64,000 bases of DNA from Acholeplasmataceae bacterium (GTDB taxonomy: Bacteria; Bacillota_I; Bacilli_A; Acholeplasmatales; Acholeplasmataceae), in contig OY775910.1 of the NCBI GenBank assembly GCA_963675245.1, forward strand, positions 704,001-768,000, written 5' to 3'. How positions within the stretch are numbered: position 1 is the first letter of the stretch; every line of letters starts with the position of its first letter. This document shows positions 41,748 to 51,693 of the stretch, piece after piece. The translations under genes were made by a program, and so were the position numbers. The notes under the pieces were generated by a model. That model was given only the letters and a program-made list of their open reading frames with translations. It was not told where the DNA came from and searched no databases.

Positions 41748-42278
41748 ATGAATATTTGGCATGACATTAGTAAAGAAAGAATTACACCAGATCATTTTGT
41801 TGCGTGTATTGAAATATCTAAAGGATCAAAGAAAAAGTATGAACTTGATAAAGAGACGGGCATGATTATTCTTGACCGTGTTCTTTTTACATCAACTCAT
41901 TACCCTGCAAATTATGGGTTTATTCCAAGAACATATGCAGACGATAATGACCCGCTTGATGTGCTAGTTTTATGTCAAGAAGACATTGAACCATTGTCAA
42001 TCGTGAGAGTTTATCCGATTGGTGTGATGAAGATGATTGACTCTGATGAAATCGATGAAAAAATCATCGCGATTCCATTTGGTGATCCATCACTCACACA
42101 ATACAAAGATATTAAAGAATTACCAAATCACTTATTATCTGAAATGAAACATTTCTTTGAAGTATACAAATCACTTGAAGGAAAAAGAACATACATTTTG
42201 GATGTTGAAGGTCCAAAAGCTGCAAAAGAAATCATTGCAAAAAGCATGAGAGTATACGAAGAAAAATTTGGGAAATAG
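41748..42278 (+). CDS. ppa: Family I inorganic pyrophosphatase
   Basis: KYELDK, YPANYG, DDNDPLD, DEK, FFEVYK. Confidence 0.96.
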   Translation: MNIWHDISKERITPDHFVACIEISKGSKKKYELDKETGMIILDRVLFTSTHYPANYGFIPRTYADDNDPLDVLVLCQEDIEPLSIVRVYPIGVMKMIDSDEIDEKIIAIPFGDPSLTQYKDIKELPNHLLSEMKHFFEVYKSLEGKRTYILDVEGPKAAKEIIAKSMRVYEEKFGK

Positions 42279-42289
42279 AGGTCAAACCG

Positions 42290-43006
42290 ATGGGAAGAGC
42301 ACATGAAGTTAGAAAGGTTGCGATGGAAAAAACCGCAGCTGCAAAATCAAAGTTATACGCAAAGTATGGTAAAGAAATATACATGGCAGCAAAAAGTGGT
42401 GAACCTGATCCTGATTTGAATCAAACGTTAAAACGATTGATTGAAAAAGCAAAGAAGGAACAAGTAACTGCGGATGTCATCAAGCGCGCGATTGAAAAAG
42501 CGAAAGGCGGCGGCGGCGAAGATTATTCTTCAGCACGTTATGAAGGATTTGGTCCTGGCTCAAGTATCGTAATTGTTGAATGCTTAACAGATAACGTGAA
42601 TAGAACGATTGCTGAGGTTAGAAACTGCTTCACAAAGACTGGTGGAAAAATCGGTGTAACAGGTTCTGCAACACACATGTTTAATCATCAAGCATTCTTC
42701 TCGGTAGCGAACATTACTGAAGATGAAGTACTTGAAATTTTAATTGAAAATGACATTGATGTATCTGATATTGAAAGTGACGAAGAAGGTGTTACAATCA
42801 TTGGCGAATCAACCGATTATAACAATATTAAAACAGCACTTTTAGATAGTAATCCAGAGATGGATATCACAACAGATGAAATCATGTGGTTACCAATGAT
42901 GGAAACAGAGTTAAACGATGAAGAAAAAGAGAAGTTTGAACGTCTTCTCGACTTACTCAATGAATTAGACGATGTTCAAGACGTTTATCACAATGTCGCT
43001 TTATAG
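42290..43006 (+). CDS. yebC: YebC/PmpR family protein
   Basis: MGRAHE, YEGFGPG, LTDNVNRT, DDVQDVYHN. Confidence 0.95.
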   Translation: MGRAHEVRKVAMEKTAAAKSKLYAKYGKEIYMAAKSGEPDPDLNQTLKRLIEKAKKEQVTADVIKRAIEKAKGGGGEDYSSARYEGFGPGSSIVIVECLTDNVNRTIAEVRNCFTKTGGKIGVTGSATHMFNHQAFFSVANITEDEVLEILIENDIDVSDIESDEEGVTIIGESTDYNNIKTALLDSNPEMDITTDEIMWLPMMETELNDEEKEKFERLLDLLNELDDVQDVYHNVAL

Positions 43007-43017
43007 GTAAAATGTAT

Positions 43018-43047
43018 GGGACTGCTACGCAGTCCTTTTTCTTTTTT
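43018..43047 (+). terminator. Terminator after yebC
   Basis: gggactgc-tac-gcagtcct plus T tract. Confidence 0.8.
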
Positions 43048-43153
43048 ATAGCATTTATAAGGTATGATTTATCGTTATGAAAACGTTACAAGATTTCTTT
43101 CATTTAAAAATTTATTATGTTATAATAATGTAGAATTGCGCGAGGAGGAACTC

Positions 43154-44407
43154 ATGAGCTTAAAATCATTTGATCCTGACATTCAAAGATATATCGAACT
43201 TGAAGAAAACAGACAGGAACACCACATCGAATTAATCGCATCTGAAAACTTTGTTTCAGAAGCCGTTTTGGAGGCTCAGGGATCTATTCTTACGAATAAA
43301 TATGCTGAAGGTTATCCTAATAAACGCTACTATGGCGGATGTGAGTTTGTCAATCTTGTTGAAGACGCCGCACGCGAACGATTGAAAGAACTTTTTAATG
43401 TGACATACGTAAATGTACAGCCACATTCTGGCTCTCAAGCAAACATGGCTGTATTTATGGCGCTTCTAGAACCAGGAGATACTATTTTAGGCATGGGCTT
43501 AAATGAAGGCGGACACTTAACGCATGGGTTCCATTTAAACTTTTCTGGTATGCTATACAACAGTAAGACATACGGTGTTTCGCATGATACTGAGTTAATC
43601 GATTATGATGATGTCAGAAGAATTGCATTAGACGTAAAACCTAAATTAATTATTGCAGGCGCATCTGCTTACTCAAGAACAATCGATTTTTCGAAGTTTA
43701 AGGAAATTGCAGATGAGGTAGGTGCTTATCTCATGGTGGATATGGCACATATTGCTGGATTGGTTGCTGCTAAAGTGCACCCATCTCCAATGCCTTATGC
43801 AGATGTCGTGACATCGACAACCCATAAAACATTACGTGGACCACGTGGCGGCATTATATTAACGAACAATGAACAGATCGCTAAAAAAATAGATCGTTCT
43901 GTTTTCCCGGGGATGCAAGGTGGACCACTTATGCATGTGATTGCTGCTAAGGCGGTTGCATTCAAAGAAGCCCTTACACCCGAGTTTGTTACATATCAAA
44001 CACAAGTTGTTAAAAATGCTAAAGCGTTAGCACAAGCATTTAAAGATTTGGGTTACCCGATTGTATCTGGAGGAACGGATAATCATCTCTTGACGATTAA
44101 CGTTAAAAAGAAATTTGGTATTACAGGTAAAGTTGCAGAGACGTTATTAAACAACATAGGTATTACTTGTAACAAAAACACACTACCAAATGATGATGAA
44201 AAACCAGCATACACAAGTGGTTTAAGATTAGGAACACCCGCTGTTACTACAAGGGGTTTTAAAGAACCTGAAATGATAATAACTGCGTCTCTCATTGATC
44301 GTGCTCTCACGCACAGAGACAACGAGAGTGAGCTAAAAAAAATACAAGAAGAAGTGTATAACATGACAGAAAAATTTCCATTATATAAGGGAGGAGCAAA
44401 AGCATGA
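43154..44407 (+). CDS. glyA: Serine hydroxymethyltransferase
   Basis: [37 protein letters not shown]. Confidence 0.98.
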   Translation: MSLKSFDPDIQRYIELEENRQEHHIELIASENFVSEAVLEAQGSILTNKYAEGYPNKRYYGGCEFVNLVEDAARERLKELFNVTYVNVQPHSGSQANMAVFMALLEPGDTILGMGLNEGGHLTHGFHLNFSGMLYNSKTYGVSHDTELIDYDDVRRIALDVKPKLIIAGASAYSRTIDFSKFKEIADEVGAYLMVDMAHIAGLVAAKVHPSPMPYADVVTSTTHKTLRGPRGGIILTNNEQIAKKIDRSVFPGMQGGPLMHVIAAKAVAFKEALTPEFVTYQTQVVKNAKALAQAFKDLGYPIVSGGTDNHLLTINVKKKFGITGKVAETLLNNIGITCNKNTLPNDDEKPAYTSGLRLGTPAVTTRGFKEPEMIITASLIDRALTHRDNESELKKIQEEVYNMTEKFPLYKGGAKA

Positions 44408-45702
44408 TTGCTAAAACAAGGCATATACCTGACGGTAAAAAAGAACTAAAAGCCTTGCCGATTGAACACTTTCTTGATTCTGAATATTTGTACTACCCTG
44501 TAACAAGTGCACGTTGTCCTGAAGGAGAAACGTGTGTTATTGGTGGTCAGTTTGTAAAAGTTGGAGAAGTGATTGGAACACGTAAAGGTGCCTTCTTTGA
44601 ACAACCAATGCATGCAACAGCGAGTGGTGAAGTCAAAGGTTATGAAAAACATGTCGATCAAAGTGGTAAACTTGTTGACTGTCTCATTGTTAAAAATGAT
44701 TTCAAATATGAGTTACATGAATCAATAACGGATAGAACAGATGCAGAAATTGACGCACTATCACGAGAAGATTTTGTCGATATCGCTCAAGAAGCTGGCT
44801 TAGTGGGATTAGGTGGAAGTGCGTTCCCAACGTATATTAAACTTCAAACAACTGATCCAATTGATACAGTTATCGCGAATGGTGTTGAATGTGAACCATA
44901 TTTAATAGCTGACTATGGACTCACAATGACAAACCCACTACCTATTCTTGAGGGTTTGATTTACGCGATGAAAGCGAGCCATGCGAAACATGGTATTATC
45001 GCGATAAAAAAGAAATACAACGAATTATATGAAAGATTGAATTTCTGTGTAAGACAATATAGAGATTTTGATATTAAGATTGTTAAAATAGGCAACTATT
45101 ACCCACAAGGTTGGGAATTAGAAGTGATTAAAAGTACGACTGGCATTAAAATTCCACAAGGTCAACTACTTTCTAAATATGGTATTTTAGAATTCAATGT
45201 GTCAACACTTGCGAGCCTTTATGCAGCTGTTAAACACAGACTACCCGTTTTAGAAAGACTCTTTACGATTAGTGGAGATGGCGTACATAATAAGAGTTTC
45301 AGAGCTAGAATTGGTACACCTATCCCTAAATTGATTGAACACGCAGGTGGGTATAAAAATCCAGAAATACCTAAAGTGTTGATTCTAGGTGGCCCAATGA
45401 TGGGTGTCAATGCAACTGATGACAATATCATCATGACGCATACCACGACAAGTTTGATTGTATTAAATGATAAACCCGAAAAAGAAGAACCATGTATTCA
45501 TTGTGCGTCATGTGTTTATTCATGTCCGGTAGATATTCAACCGACACAAATTATGAATGCATATAAAGCAAGAGATAAAGACATGATTCAAACGCTTGGC
45601 GTTAATAAATGTATTGAGTGTGGCCTTTGTGCATATGTCTGCCCATCTAAGATTCAATTGACAGATTATATGAGAAAAGCAAAGAGCTTCGCAAGAAAGT
45701 AG
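44404..45702 (+). CDS. rnfC: Rnf complex subunit C
   Basis: [26 protein letters not shown], two CxxCxxCxxxCP clusters. Confidence 0.95.
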   Translation: MIAKTRHIPDGKKELKALPIEHFLDSEYLYYPVTSARCPEGETCVIGGQFVKVGEVIGTRKGAFFEQPMHATASGEVKGYEKHVDQSGKLVDCLIVKNDFKYELHESITDRTDAEIDALSREDFVDIAQEAGLVGLGGSAFPTYIKLQTTDPIDTVIANGVECEPYLIADYGLTMTNPLPILEGLIYAMKASHAKHGIIAIKKKYNELYERLNFCVRQYRDFDIKIVKIGNYYPQGWELEVIKSTTGIKIPQGQLLSKYGILEFNVSTLASLYAAVKHRLPVLERLFTISGDGVHNKSFRARIGTPIPKLIEHAGGYKNPEIPKVLILGGPMMGVNATDDNIIMTHTTTSLIVLNDKPEKEEPCIHCASCVYSCPVDIQPTQIMNAYKARDKDMIQTLGVNKCIECGLCAYVCPSKIQLTDYMRKAKSFARK

Positions 45703-45710
45703 GATGAAAT

Positions 45711-46781
45711 ATGACATTTGTTAAAAAAGAGAGTCCTTATATCCGCAAGGATACAAGCTCTAACAAGATGATGATTGACGTATTAATTGCGTTAATTCCT
45801 GTCACACTGTTCGCGATTTATCGTTTTCAGTTTGACGCCGTCATTCGCTTAATCGTTTCACTTGTTGTGATGATTGGGTTAGAGGCTATATCCGTTGCGA
45901 TAATGACAAGACCAAAGGGCGATAAGTTCTTTGAAAAACTTAAATCTCGTTTTGTGAACTATTCACTTACAAATTTGACTGCACCTGCAGTAAGTGCTGT
46001 TATATTTGCATTAATCGTGCCATCACAATTACCAATATATGCGGTTATCGTTGGTGCTGCATTTGCGATTATTATCGTGAAAATGGTGTTTGGTGGTTTA
46101 GGATCTAACATCTTCAATGTCGCTGCCGGTGGACGTGTATTTATTGGTATTGCCTTAGCAGGTATGTTCAGTGGTGCGTATACTGGTATAGATGCTTTAG
46201 CTGGTGCAACGCCGCTTGGTGCACTAGCAAATAATGATTTTGGATTCTTGTTGCACAGTTATACAATAGGTGACTTATTTATTGGTAACATTCCTGGTTC
46301 GATGGGAGAAATCAGTGCACTTGCTATCTTGTTAGGTCTTGCATATTTATTAATTAGAAGAACTGCCGATTGGCGCACTGTGGCTTCAACATTAGGTGTA
46401 TTTGTCATCTTAACATTATTTGTGGCATTAGCTAAATACCCCGACAATGTTGGCAATTTCATCTTATACAGTGTATTTTCTGGTGGTTTATTATTTGGTA
46501 TCACATTCATGGTGACAGATCCAGTAACATCTCCTGTTACGGGCCCTGGACGATTCTTATATGGTGCTTTAGTCGCATCTGTCATTGTTTTAATTCGTAA
46601 TTTTGGCTCTTATCCGGAAGGTGTAGCATTCGCTATTCTCTTCTCAAACATGTTTGTTCCACTTATTGATTTTGGTAAATGGTCAACCAATAAATGGAGA
46701 CCGTGGTTTATTGTGGGCTTAAGTGCCTTCATAATCGCGATGTGCTTCGTTGCATTCTTTGGCGCAGGAGGTAGTTTCTAA
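45711..46781 (+). CDS. rnfD: Rnf complex subunit D
   Basis: FGGLGSNIFN, flavinylation site AGATPL, GSMGEIS, TDPVTSP, YPEGV. Confidence 0.95.
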   Translation: MTFVKKESPYIRKDTSSNKMMIDVLIALIPVTLFAIYRFQFDAVIRLIVSLVVMIGLEAISVAIMTRPKGDKFFEKLKSRFVNYSLTNLTAPAVSAVIFALIVPSQLPIYAVIVGAAFAIIIVKMVFGGLGSNIFNVAAGGRVFIGIALAGMFSGAYTGIDALAGATPLGALANNDFGFLLHSYTIGDLFIGNIPGSMGEISALAILLGLAYLLIRRTADWRTVASTLGVFVILTLFVALAKYPDNVGNFILYSVFSGGLLFGITFMVTDPVTSPVTGPGRFLYGALVASVIVLIRNFGSYPEGVAFAILFSNMFVPLIDFGKWSTNKWRPWFIVGLSAFIIAMCFVAFFGAGGSF

Positions 46782-47761
46782 TGAAAAAATTCTTTGAACA
46801 AAACCCTCTCGTTCACTATACAATCGTACTCACGATCGTTGCCATCGCTTGTGGTTTAGTCATTGGTGGTATTAATGCGTGGACAGCACCTATCATTGAA
46901 GAAAATGCTTATAAAGCAAAAGTTGCTGCTTATCAATCTGTTTTACCTGATATGGATGAATTTACAGAATTAGACACGTCTAGTGATCCTGATAGCATTC
47001 AAGAAAAAGTAGAAGCGAAAGATTCAGATGGTATTGTGATTGGTTATATTATTAATATTAATCAAACAAATGGTTATGGTAATATGCAAATCGTTATGGC
47101 GATTGGTGCAGATGGTACGATTTTGTCTGCTGATTTCTTGCAACTAAATCAAACATTAAATTTACCTAATACAAGAGAAAATCTTCAAATGTATGTTGGG
47201 CAAAACATCAACGCACAACATAATTATGATTTCTTATCTGGTGCCACAAGAAGCTTAGAAACACTTACAGCGATGATGTTAGATGTTAATGAAGCGTTTG
47301 GCAATATTGATATTGAACCAACTGTAGATATCGAAGCAGAAAGACTTGAAAGATATCAAGGTTTATTATCAGATACAGCATCGTTTACAGAATTAGATGT
47401 ATCAACTGATCCTGATTCAATCGTGATTAAAGCTGAATTGAAAGATGCAAGTGATGCTGTCATTGGCTATGCAATTGAAGCATTTGATCATAACAATTTT
47501 GGCGATTTACAAATCGTGATTGTTACAGATACAGATGGTTTAATCGTAGGTGCTGAATTCGTCACTTACGCAAATAGTTATTTTGAAACTCAGATGAATG
47601 CCGTATTAGATGATCTTGTAGGTGATAATATCGCTAATGATTTAACAGATTATTTATTAACTGCACCATCATCAACAGATACAGTACCTTCAATGGAAGC
47701 TTTATTATCTGATGTTACTGCAGCATTTGACCATATTGATACGGAAGGAGCTGGTGCATAA
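46781..47761 (+). CDS. rnfG: RnfG-like protein with two tandem FMN-binding domains
   Basis: N-terminal TM, SGAT motif in domain 1, internally duplicated second domain. Confidence 0.85.
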   Translation: MKKFFEQNPLVHYTIVLTIVAIACGLVIGGINAWTAPIIEENAYKAKVAAYQSVLPDMDEFTELDTSSDPDSIQEKVEAKDSDGIVIGYIININQTNGYGNMQIVMAIGADGTILSADFLQLNQTLNLPNTRENLQMYVGQNINAQHNYDFLSGATRSLETLTAMMLDVNEAFGNIDIEPTVDIEAERLERYQGLLSDTASFTELDVSTDPDSIVIKAELKDASDAVIGYAIEAFDHNNFGDLQIVIVTDTDGLIVGAEFVTYANSYFETQMNAVLDDLVGDNIANDLTDYLLTAPSSTDTVPSMEALLSDVTAAFDHIDTEGAGA

Positions 47762-48735
47762 TGAAAAAACAAACACTATTCCTTATTATCGGTACGGCAG
47801 TGATGCTCGTTTTGGGGATTGCTTTAATCCTAACAGTTAATCTAACGACAACAAATGATCCAATAGAACTTCTCTTTGGTATGCCAGTAGAATTACGCGG
47901 CGAAACAGATGTTGAAGATTTCCCTGGTGGACAAAACTTCACCTATATCAAATCAAAGGCAATTGCATTCGATGATGAAAATGATAGAGTCGGTGTTGTC
48001 TATGATGTCGTGATTAGAAATGCATATTCATTAGATGTCACTGATTATTATGGTGAAATAGAATTATTAGTAGGTATTGATACAGATGATAAAGTCTTTG
48101 TCTCAATCGTAAGACTTGATCAATCATCTTGGACAGTGATGGGAATTCAAGCATACATTCTAGAAACATTCAATGGCATTGATTATCAAGATGTTGAAAC
48201 ATTACCAGAATTTGATGCTGCTAACCCAACTGCAGGTGCAACAGCTACTGATAGTACAGGTACCATCAAACAAGCAGTACTTGATGTCATTTATCTTCAT
48301 TATGATGTTAATGTAGATCCTTATTTAGGTGTACTTGGCGATGCATATACAACAGAAGTAGACACAACATTTACATCAACTGCACATGTCACAAACAAAT
48401 TGAATATCACATCATCAACAACTGTTCCTAATGGTGTCATTTATGTGGTTACTGGTTCTGGTGTGTATTATGAGGATTCATCAGCTTCAATTACATTATG
48501 GGTTATCGTTGATGAAAACGATCAAATTTATAAGATTTTAATGCCTGAAGAATTATATGGTCATTCACCATTTTTACATGATAATAATCTAGCATATTTA
48601 GATGGATTTATTGGTGATACGTTCGCAGAAGTAGCTGCTACAATGACAACTCTTGATGGGTCTACAGGCGCATCAAATACGAATGCAGTAATTCAAGAAC
48701 TGCTAACGGCACTTGTAAGTGAGGTGAGTAATTAA
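47761..48735 (+). CDS. Membrane-anchored extracytoplasmic protein with two FMN-binding domains
   Basis: N-terminal TM; TAGATAT and DGSTGASNT flavinylation-type motifs. Confidence 0.75.
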   Translation: MKKQTLFLIIGTAVMLVLGIALILTVNLTTTNDPIELLFGMPVELRGETDVEDFPGGQNFTYIKSKAIAFDDENDRVGVVYDVVIRNAYSLDVTDYYGEIELLVGIDTDDKVFVSIVRLDQSSWTVMGIQAYILETFNGIDYQDVETLPEFDAANPTAGATATDSTGTIKQAVLDVIYLHYDVNVDPYLGVLGDAYTTEVDTTFTSTAHVTNKLNITSSTTVPNGVIYVVTGSGVYYEDSSASITLWVIVDENDQIYKILMPEELYGHSPFLHDNNLAYLDGFIGDTFAEVAATMTTLDGSTGASNTNAVIQELLTALVSEVSN

Positions 48736-49463
48736 TGACAGAAGCTAAGAAGAAACCTGTAGGAAAAGCAAAAAGTACAGGTGAACAATCATTACTCCAA
48801 ATCTTTACTAAAGGATTTTGGAAAGAAAATGGTATCTTCGTTATGGCGCTTGGTTTATGTCCTGCGCTTGCTGTTACCTCAACGTTTGAAGGTGCGTTTG
48901 GTATGGGGATCCTCGTTATGATTATTCTAACGGCGACCAATACAACTGTTTCTCTGATTAGAAAATTCGTACCCGATACAGTACGTATTCCAACCTACGT
49001 TATTATTATCGCGACTGAAGTTACTGTCTTAAAGATGATGGTAGATGCATTCGCTCCAGATTTAGCAAATGTATTAGGCGTATTCATCGCGTTAATTACT
49101 GTTAACTGTATTGTATTTGGTAGAGCGGAATCATTCGCGTCTAAAAATACGGTTGTAAAATCAATGCTTGATGGTTTGGGAGTTGCTATTGGTTTTGCAT
49201 TCTCACTATCAATGATCGGATTTATACGTGAATTTATAGGTACAGGTGCGATTAAACTAGGTTACACATTACCACTAGGATTCCAATATACATTATTTGG
49301 CAATACCGTGCTTTCTGATTATGCGATTTCTGTACTCGTGAACCCACCAGGTGCATTCTTAACGATTGGTGTGTTGCTTGCTATCTTCACTTGGTATAAA
49401 CAAGCAAAGACTGTTAGAGATGCCATGAAAGCTAAAAAGTTAAGGGAGGCTAAAAAAGCATGA
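48735..49463 (+). CDS. rnfE: Rnf complex subunit E
   Basis: LGLCPALAVT, VRIP, LITVNC..GRAE, PPGAF. Confidence 0.95.
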   Translation: MTEAKKKPVGKAKSTGEQSLLQIFTKGFWKENGIFVMALGLCPALAVTSTFEGAFGMGILVMIILTATNTTVSLIRKFVPDTVRIPTYVIIIATEVTVLKMMVDAFAPDLANVLGVFIALITVNCIVFGRAESFASKNTVVKSMLDGLGVAIGFAFSLSMIGFIREFIGTGAIKLGYTLPLGFQYTLFGNTVLSDYAISVLVNPPGAFLTIGVLLAIFTWYKQAKTVRDAMKAKKLREAKKA

Positions 49464-50032
49464 GTTTACTTCTATTATTAATATCCTCCATCTTAATTAA
49501 CAATATCGTGTTGATGCAGTTCTTAGGATTATGTTCATTCTTCGGTGTCTCAACAAAGATGAAGTCAGTTGTTGGTATGGGATTAGCAGTTATCGTCGTT
49601 ATTACATTAGCAGCGGCGATTACTTGGCCACTATATTATTATGTTTTACAACCTTTAAATATCGCTTATATTGATACGATTGCGTTTATCTTAGTGATCG
49701 CATCACTCGTTCAATTAACTGAATTAGTGATTAAACGTGTCAGCCATTCTTTATATAAAGCACTTGGCGTCTATCTACCATTAATCGCGACGAATTGTGC
49801 GGTTTTAGGGGTAGCTTTACAAAACGTTGCAGTAGATAAAACTTATAGTGAAGCACTTGTTTATGGTGTTGGTTCAGCAATGGGTTATGCGTTTATTATT
49901 ATTGTGTTTGCTGCAATTAGAATCAGACTTGATTCAGCAAACGTTCCTAGAGCTGTCAAAGGCTTACCTATTGCATTTATTACAGCTAGTTTAATGGCGT
50001 TAGCGTTTATGGGACTAGGAGGCATGATTTAA
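49460..50032 (+). CDS. rnfA: Rnf complex subunit A
   Basis: NNIVLMQFLGLC, LPLIATNCAVLG, GLPIAFI. Confidence 0.95.
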   Translation: MSLLLLLISSILINNIVLMQFLGLCSFFGVSTKMKSVVGMGLAVIVVITLAAAITWPLYYYVLQPLNIAYIDTIAFILVIASLVQLTELVIKRVSHSLYKALGVYLPLIATNCAVLGVALQNVAVDKTYSEALVYGVGSAMGYAFIIIVFAAIRIRLDSANVPRAVKGLPIAFITASLMALAFMGLGGMI

Positions 50033-50262
50033 TGGATCTAGTACAATTTTTAATTTTGCTTGCTATTGTAGGCGGAGTGATCGGCTTATATGTAGCAACC
50101 ATGTATTTAAATAAAGCAGTTGCTATACCTGAAGACTGCAAACATGCGTATGACGAAGCACAAACATGTGGTGTTTGTGCATCTCATGGATCATGTACGA
50201 TTGCTGGAAGCGAAGATAAATTCCAAGACGCCATCGAATTCATGAAGGAGGTTAAATTATGA
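50032..50262 (+). CDS. Small single-TM protein with 4 Cys (NqrM-like architecture)
   Basis: RBS GGAGG; overlaps the rnfA stop and the rnfB start; C36-x9-C46-x2-C49-x5-C55. Confidence 0.75.
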   Translation: MDLVQFLILLAIVGGVIGLYVATMYLNKAVAIPEDCKHAYDEAQTCGVCASHGSCTIAGSEDKFQDAIEFMKEVKL

Positions 50263-50579
50263 TTGATTTATTTTTACCTCTCCTCATTTTAGGTGCGTTG
50301 GGTATTGTGATGGGAATTATCTTATCACTTGCCAATCGATTCTTAACGGTTGAAGAAGACCCAAGAATTGATGCTGTTGAAAAATTATTACCAAATTATA
50401 ATTGTGGTGCTTGTGGTACACCTGGTTGTCATGCATTTGCAGAAGGCATCATTATGGGTGAAGTGAAAAAACTTTCACGTTGTAAACCTGGTAAACCAGA
50501 TAAGCATTTCAATCCAATCTTAGAGTTCTTAAAAGATCATCCAAATGTTGATGGATCAAAGATTGATGTAAAGATCTAA
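50259..50579 (+). CDS. rnfB: Short RnfB (TM plus single Fe-S domain)
   Basis: VEEDPRI..LP.YNCGACGTPGC..C.PG; no ferredoxin dicluster domain. Confidence 0.85.
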   Translation: MIDLFLPLLILGALGIVMGIILSLANRFLTVEEDPRIDAVEKLLPNYNCGACGTPGCHAFAEGIIMGEVKKLSRCKPGKPDKHFNPILEFLKDHPNVDGSKIDVKI

Positions 50580-50604
50580 AGGACACATTGTTGTCCTTTT
50601 CTTT
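50578..50604 (+). terminator. Putative terminator after rnfB
   Basis: aaaggaca-cattgt-tgtcctttt. Confidence 0.6.
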
Positions 50605-50627
50605 GCAGGTATGAAAGAAGGGGTCTT

Positions 50628-51692
50628 ATGAAAAAAACATTAGTATTACTTATCGCAATATTCGGATTATTCCTTTTTTCTGCGTGCCAAGAAAGCACAC
50701 CGGATATCAAAGATTATACAAAATCGTTTATAAACGATTATATGGACACATATATTAGAATCGACTACGCGACTGATGATGCAGATTTAGCGGCTGAAAT
50801 CGCGTTAGGCGTTGAAGATATTCTCGCTCATTATCATGATTTAACAAACAATTATGAAGGACCGAGAGATGTGAATAACAGCCCTAATATTTATGAAATC
50901 AATCAGCGAATTGGTGAAACGATAGCGATTGATCCAGATTTATATGATATTTTAGTATTATCAGAAGAACTTAAAACATTGACAGACGGTTATTTTGATA
51001 TTGGCATTGGTAAACTAGTTGATTTATGGAAAGCTGAAATTGAGCATGGTTATGAGAATAATACGATGACCGAAATGGCATTTAATGCTGTCACTGCGGC
51101 ATCCGACGCACTTGATTTTTCTGGTAATGTGATTGATTTATCAGTTGATGGCTACATCACAACGGCTGGAGAACATTTAAAACTTGATTTAGGTGCGATT
51201 GCGAAAGGTTATGCGACACAAAAATTAAGAGAATATCTTATGGATAAAGAACTTGTATACTTCATGATTAATAGCGGCACAAGTTCATTTGTATTTGGAG
51301 AAAATAGAAATCGCGATACAGGTTTATATCATATTGGATTAGAAGATCCGATGAATACAGGTGTACCATATGGTGTGGTTTACGTTAAAAATACAAGTAT
51401 CACGACGAGTGGTAACTTTGTACAATATGTGATGTATAACGAGTTACGTTATCACCATATAGTTTCGCCACTTACAAAAAGACCAGAACAGTATTATCAC
51501 ACTCTGAGTTTAATCGCAGATGATGCAGGTGTGCTAGATGCATTATCTACGGCATTATTTTCTATGTCACCAAGTGTATTATCGTCTTGGTTAGAGGAGC
51601 ACCAAACGGATTTAGGATTAGAAGTGATTAGTTATAATTATGATTTAAGTATCTCAACATATCTCATTGATACGGTATTTGAGGAACAATAA
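50628..51692 (+). CDS. apbE: FAD:protein FMN transferase (ApbE/FmnB), lipoprotein
   Basis: Lipobox FSAC, MDT, DLGAIAKGY, TSG, YHHI..P, DALSTALF. Confidence 0.93.
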   Translation: MKKTLVLLIAIFGLFLFSACQESTPDIKDYTKSFINDYMDTYIRIDYATDDADLAAEIALGVEDILAHYHDLTNNYEGPRDVNNSPNIYEINQRIGETIAIDPDLYDILVLSEELKTLTDGYFDIGIGKLVDLWKAEIEHGYENNTMTEMAFNAVTAASDALDFSGNVIDLSVDGYITTAGEHLKLDLGAIAKGYATQKLREYLMDKELVYFMINSGTSSFVFGENRNRDTGLYHIGLEDPMNTGVPYGVVYVKNTSITTSGNFVQYVMYNELRYHHIVSPLTKRPEQYYHTLSLIADDAGVLDALSTALFSMSPSVLSSWLEEHQTDLGLEVISYNYDLSISTYLIDTVFEEQ

Positions 51693-51693
51693 A

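Noticed and set aside
43078..43090. cre/LacI-like site TGAAAACGTTACA upstream of the glyA promoter
   Set aside because: One base short of the 14-bp consensus and a single occurrence in AT-rich DNA; not supportable
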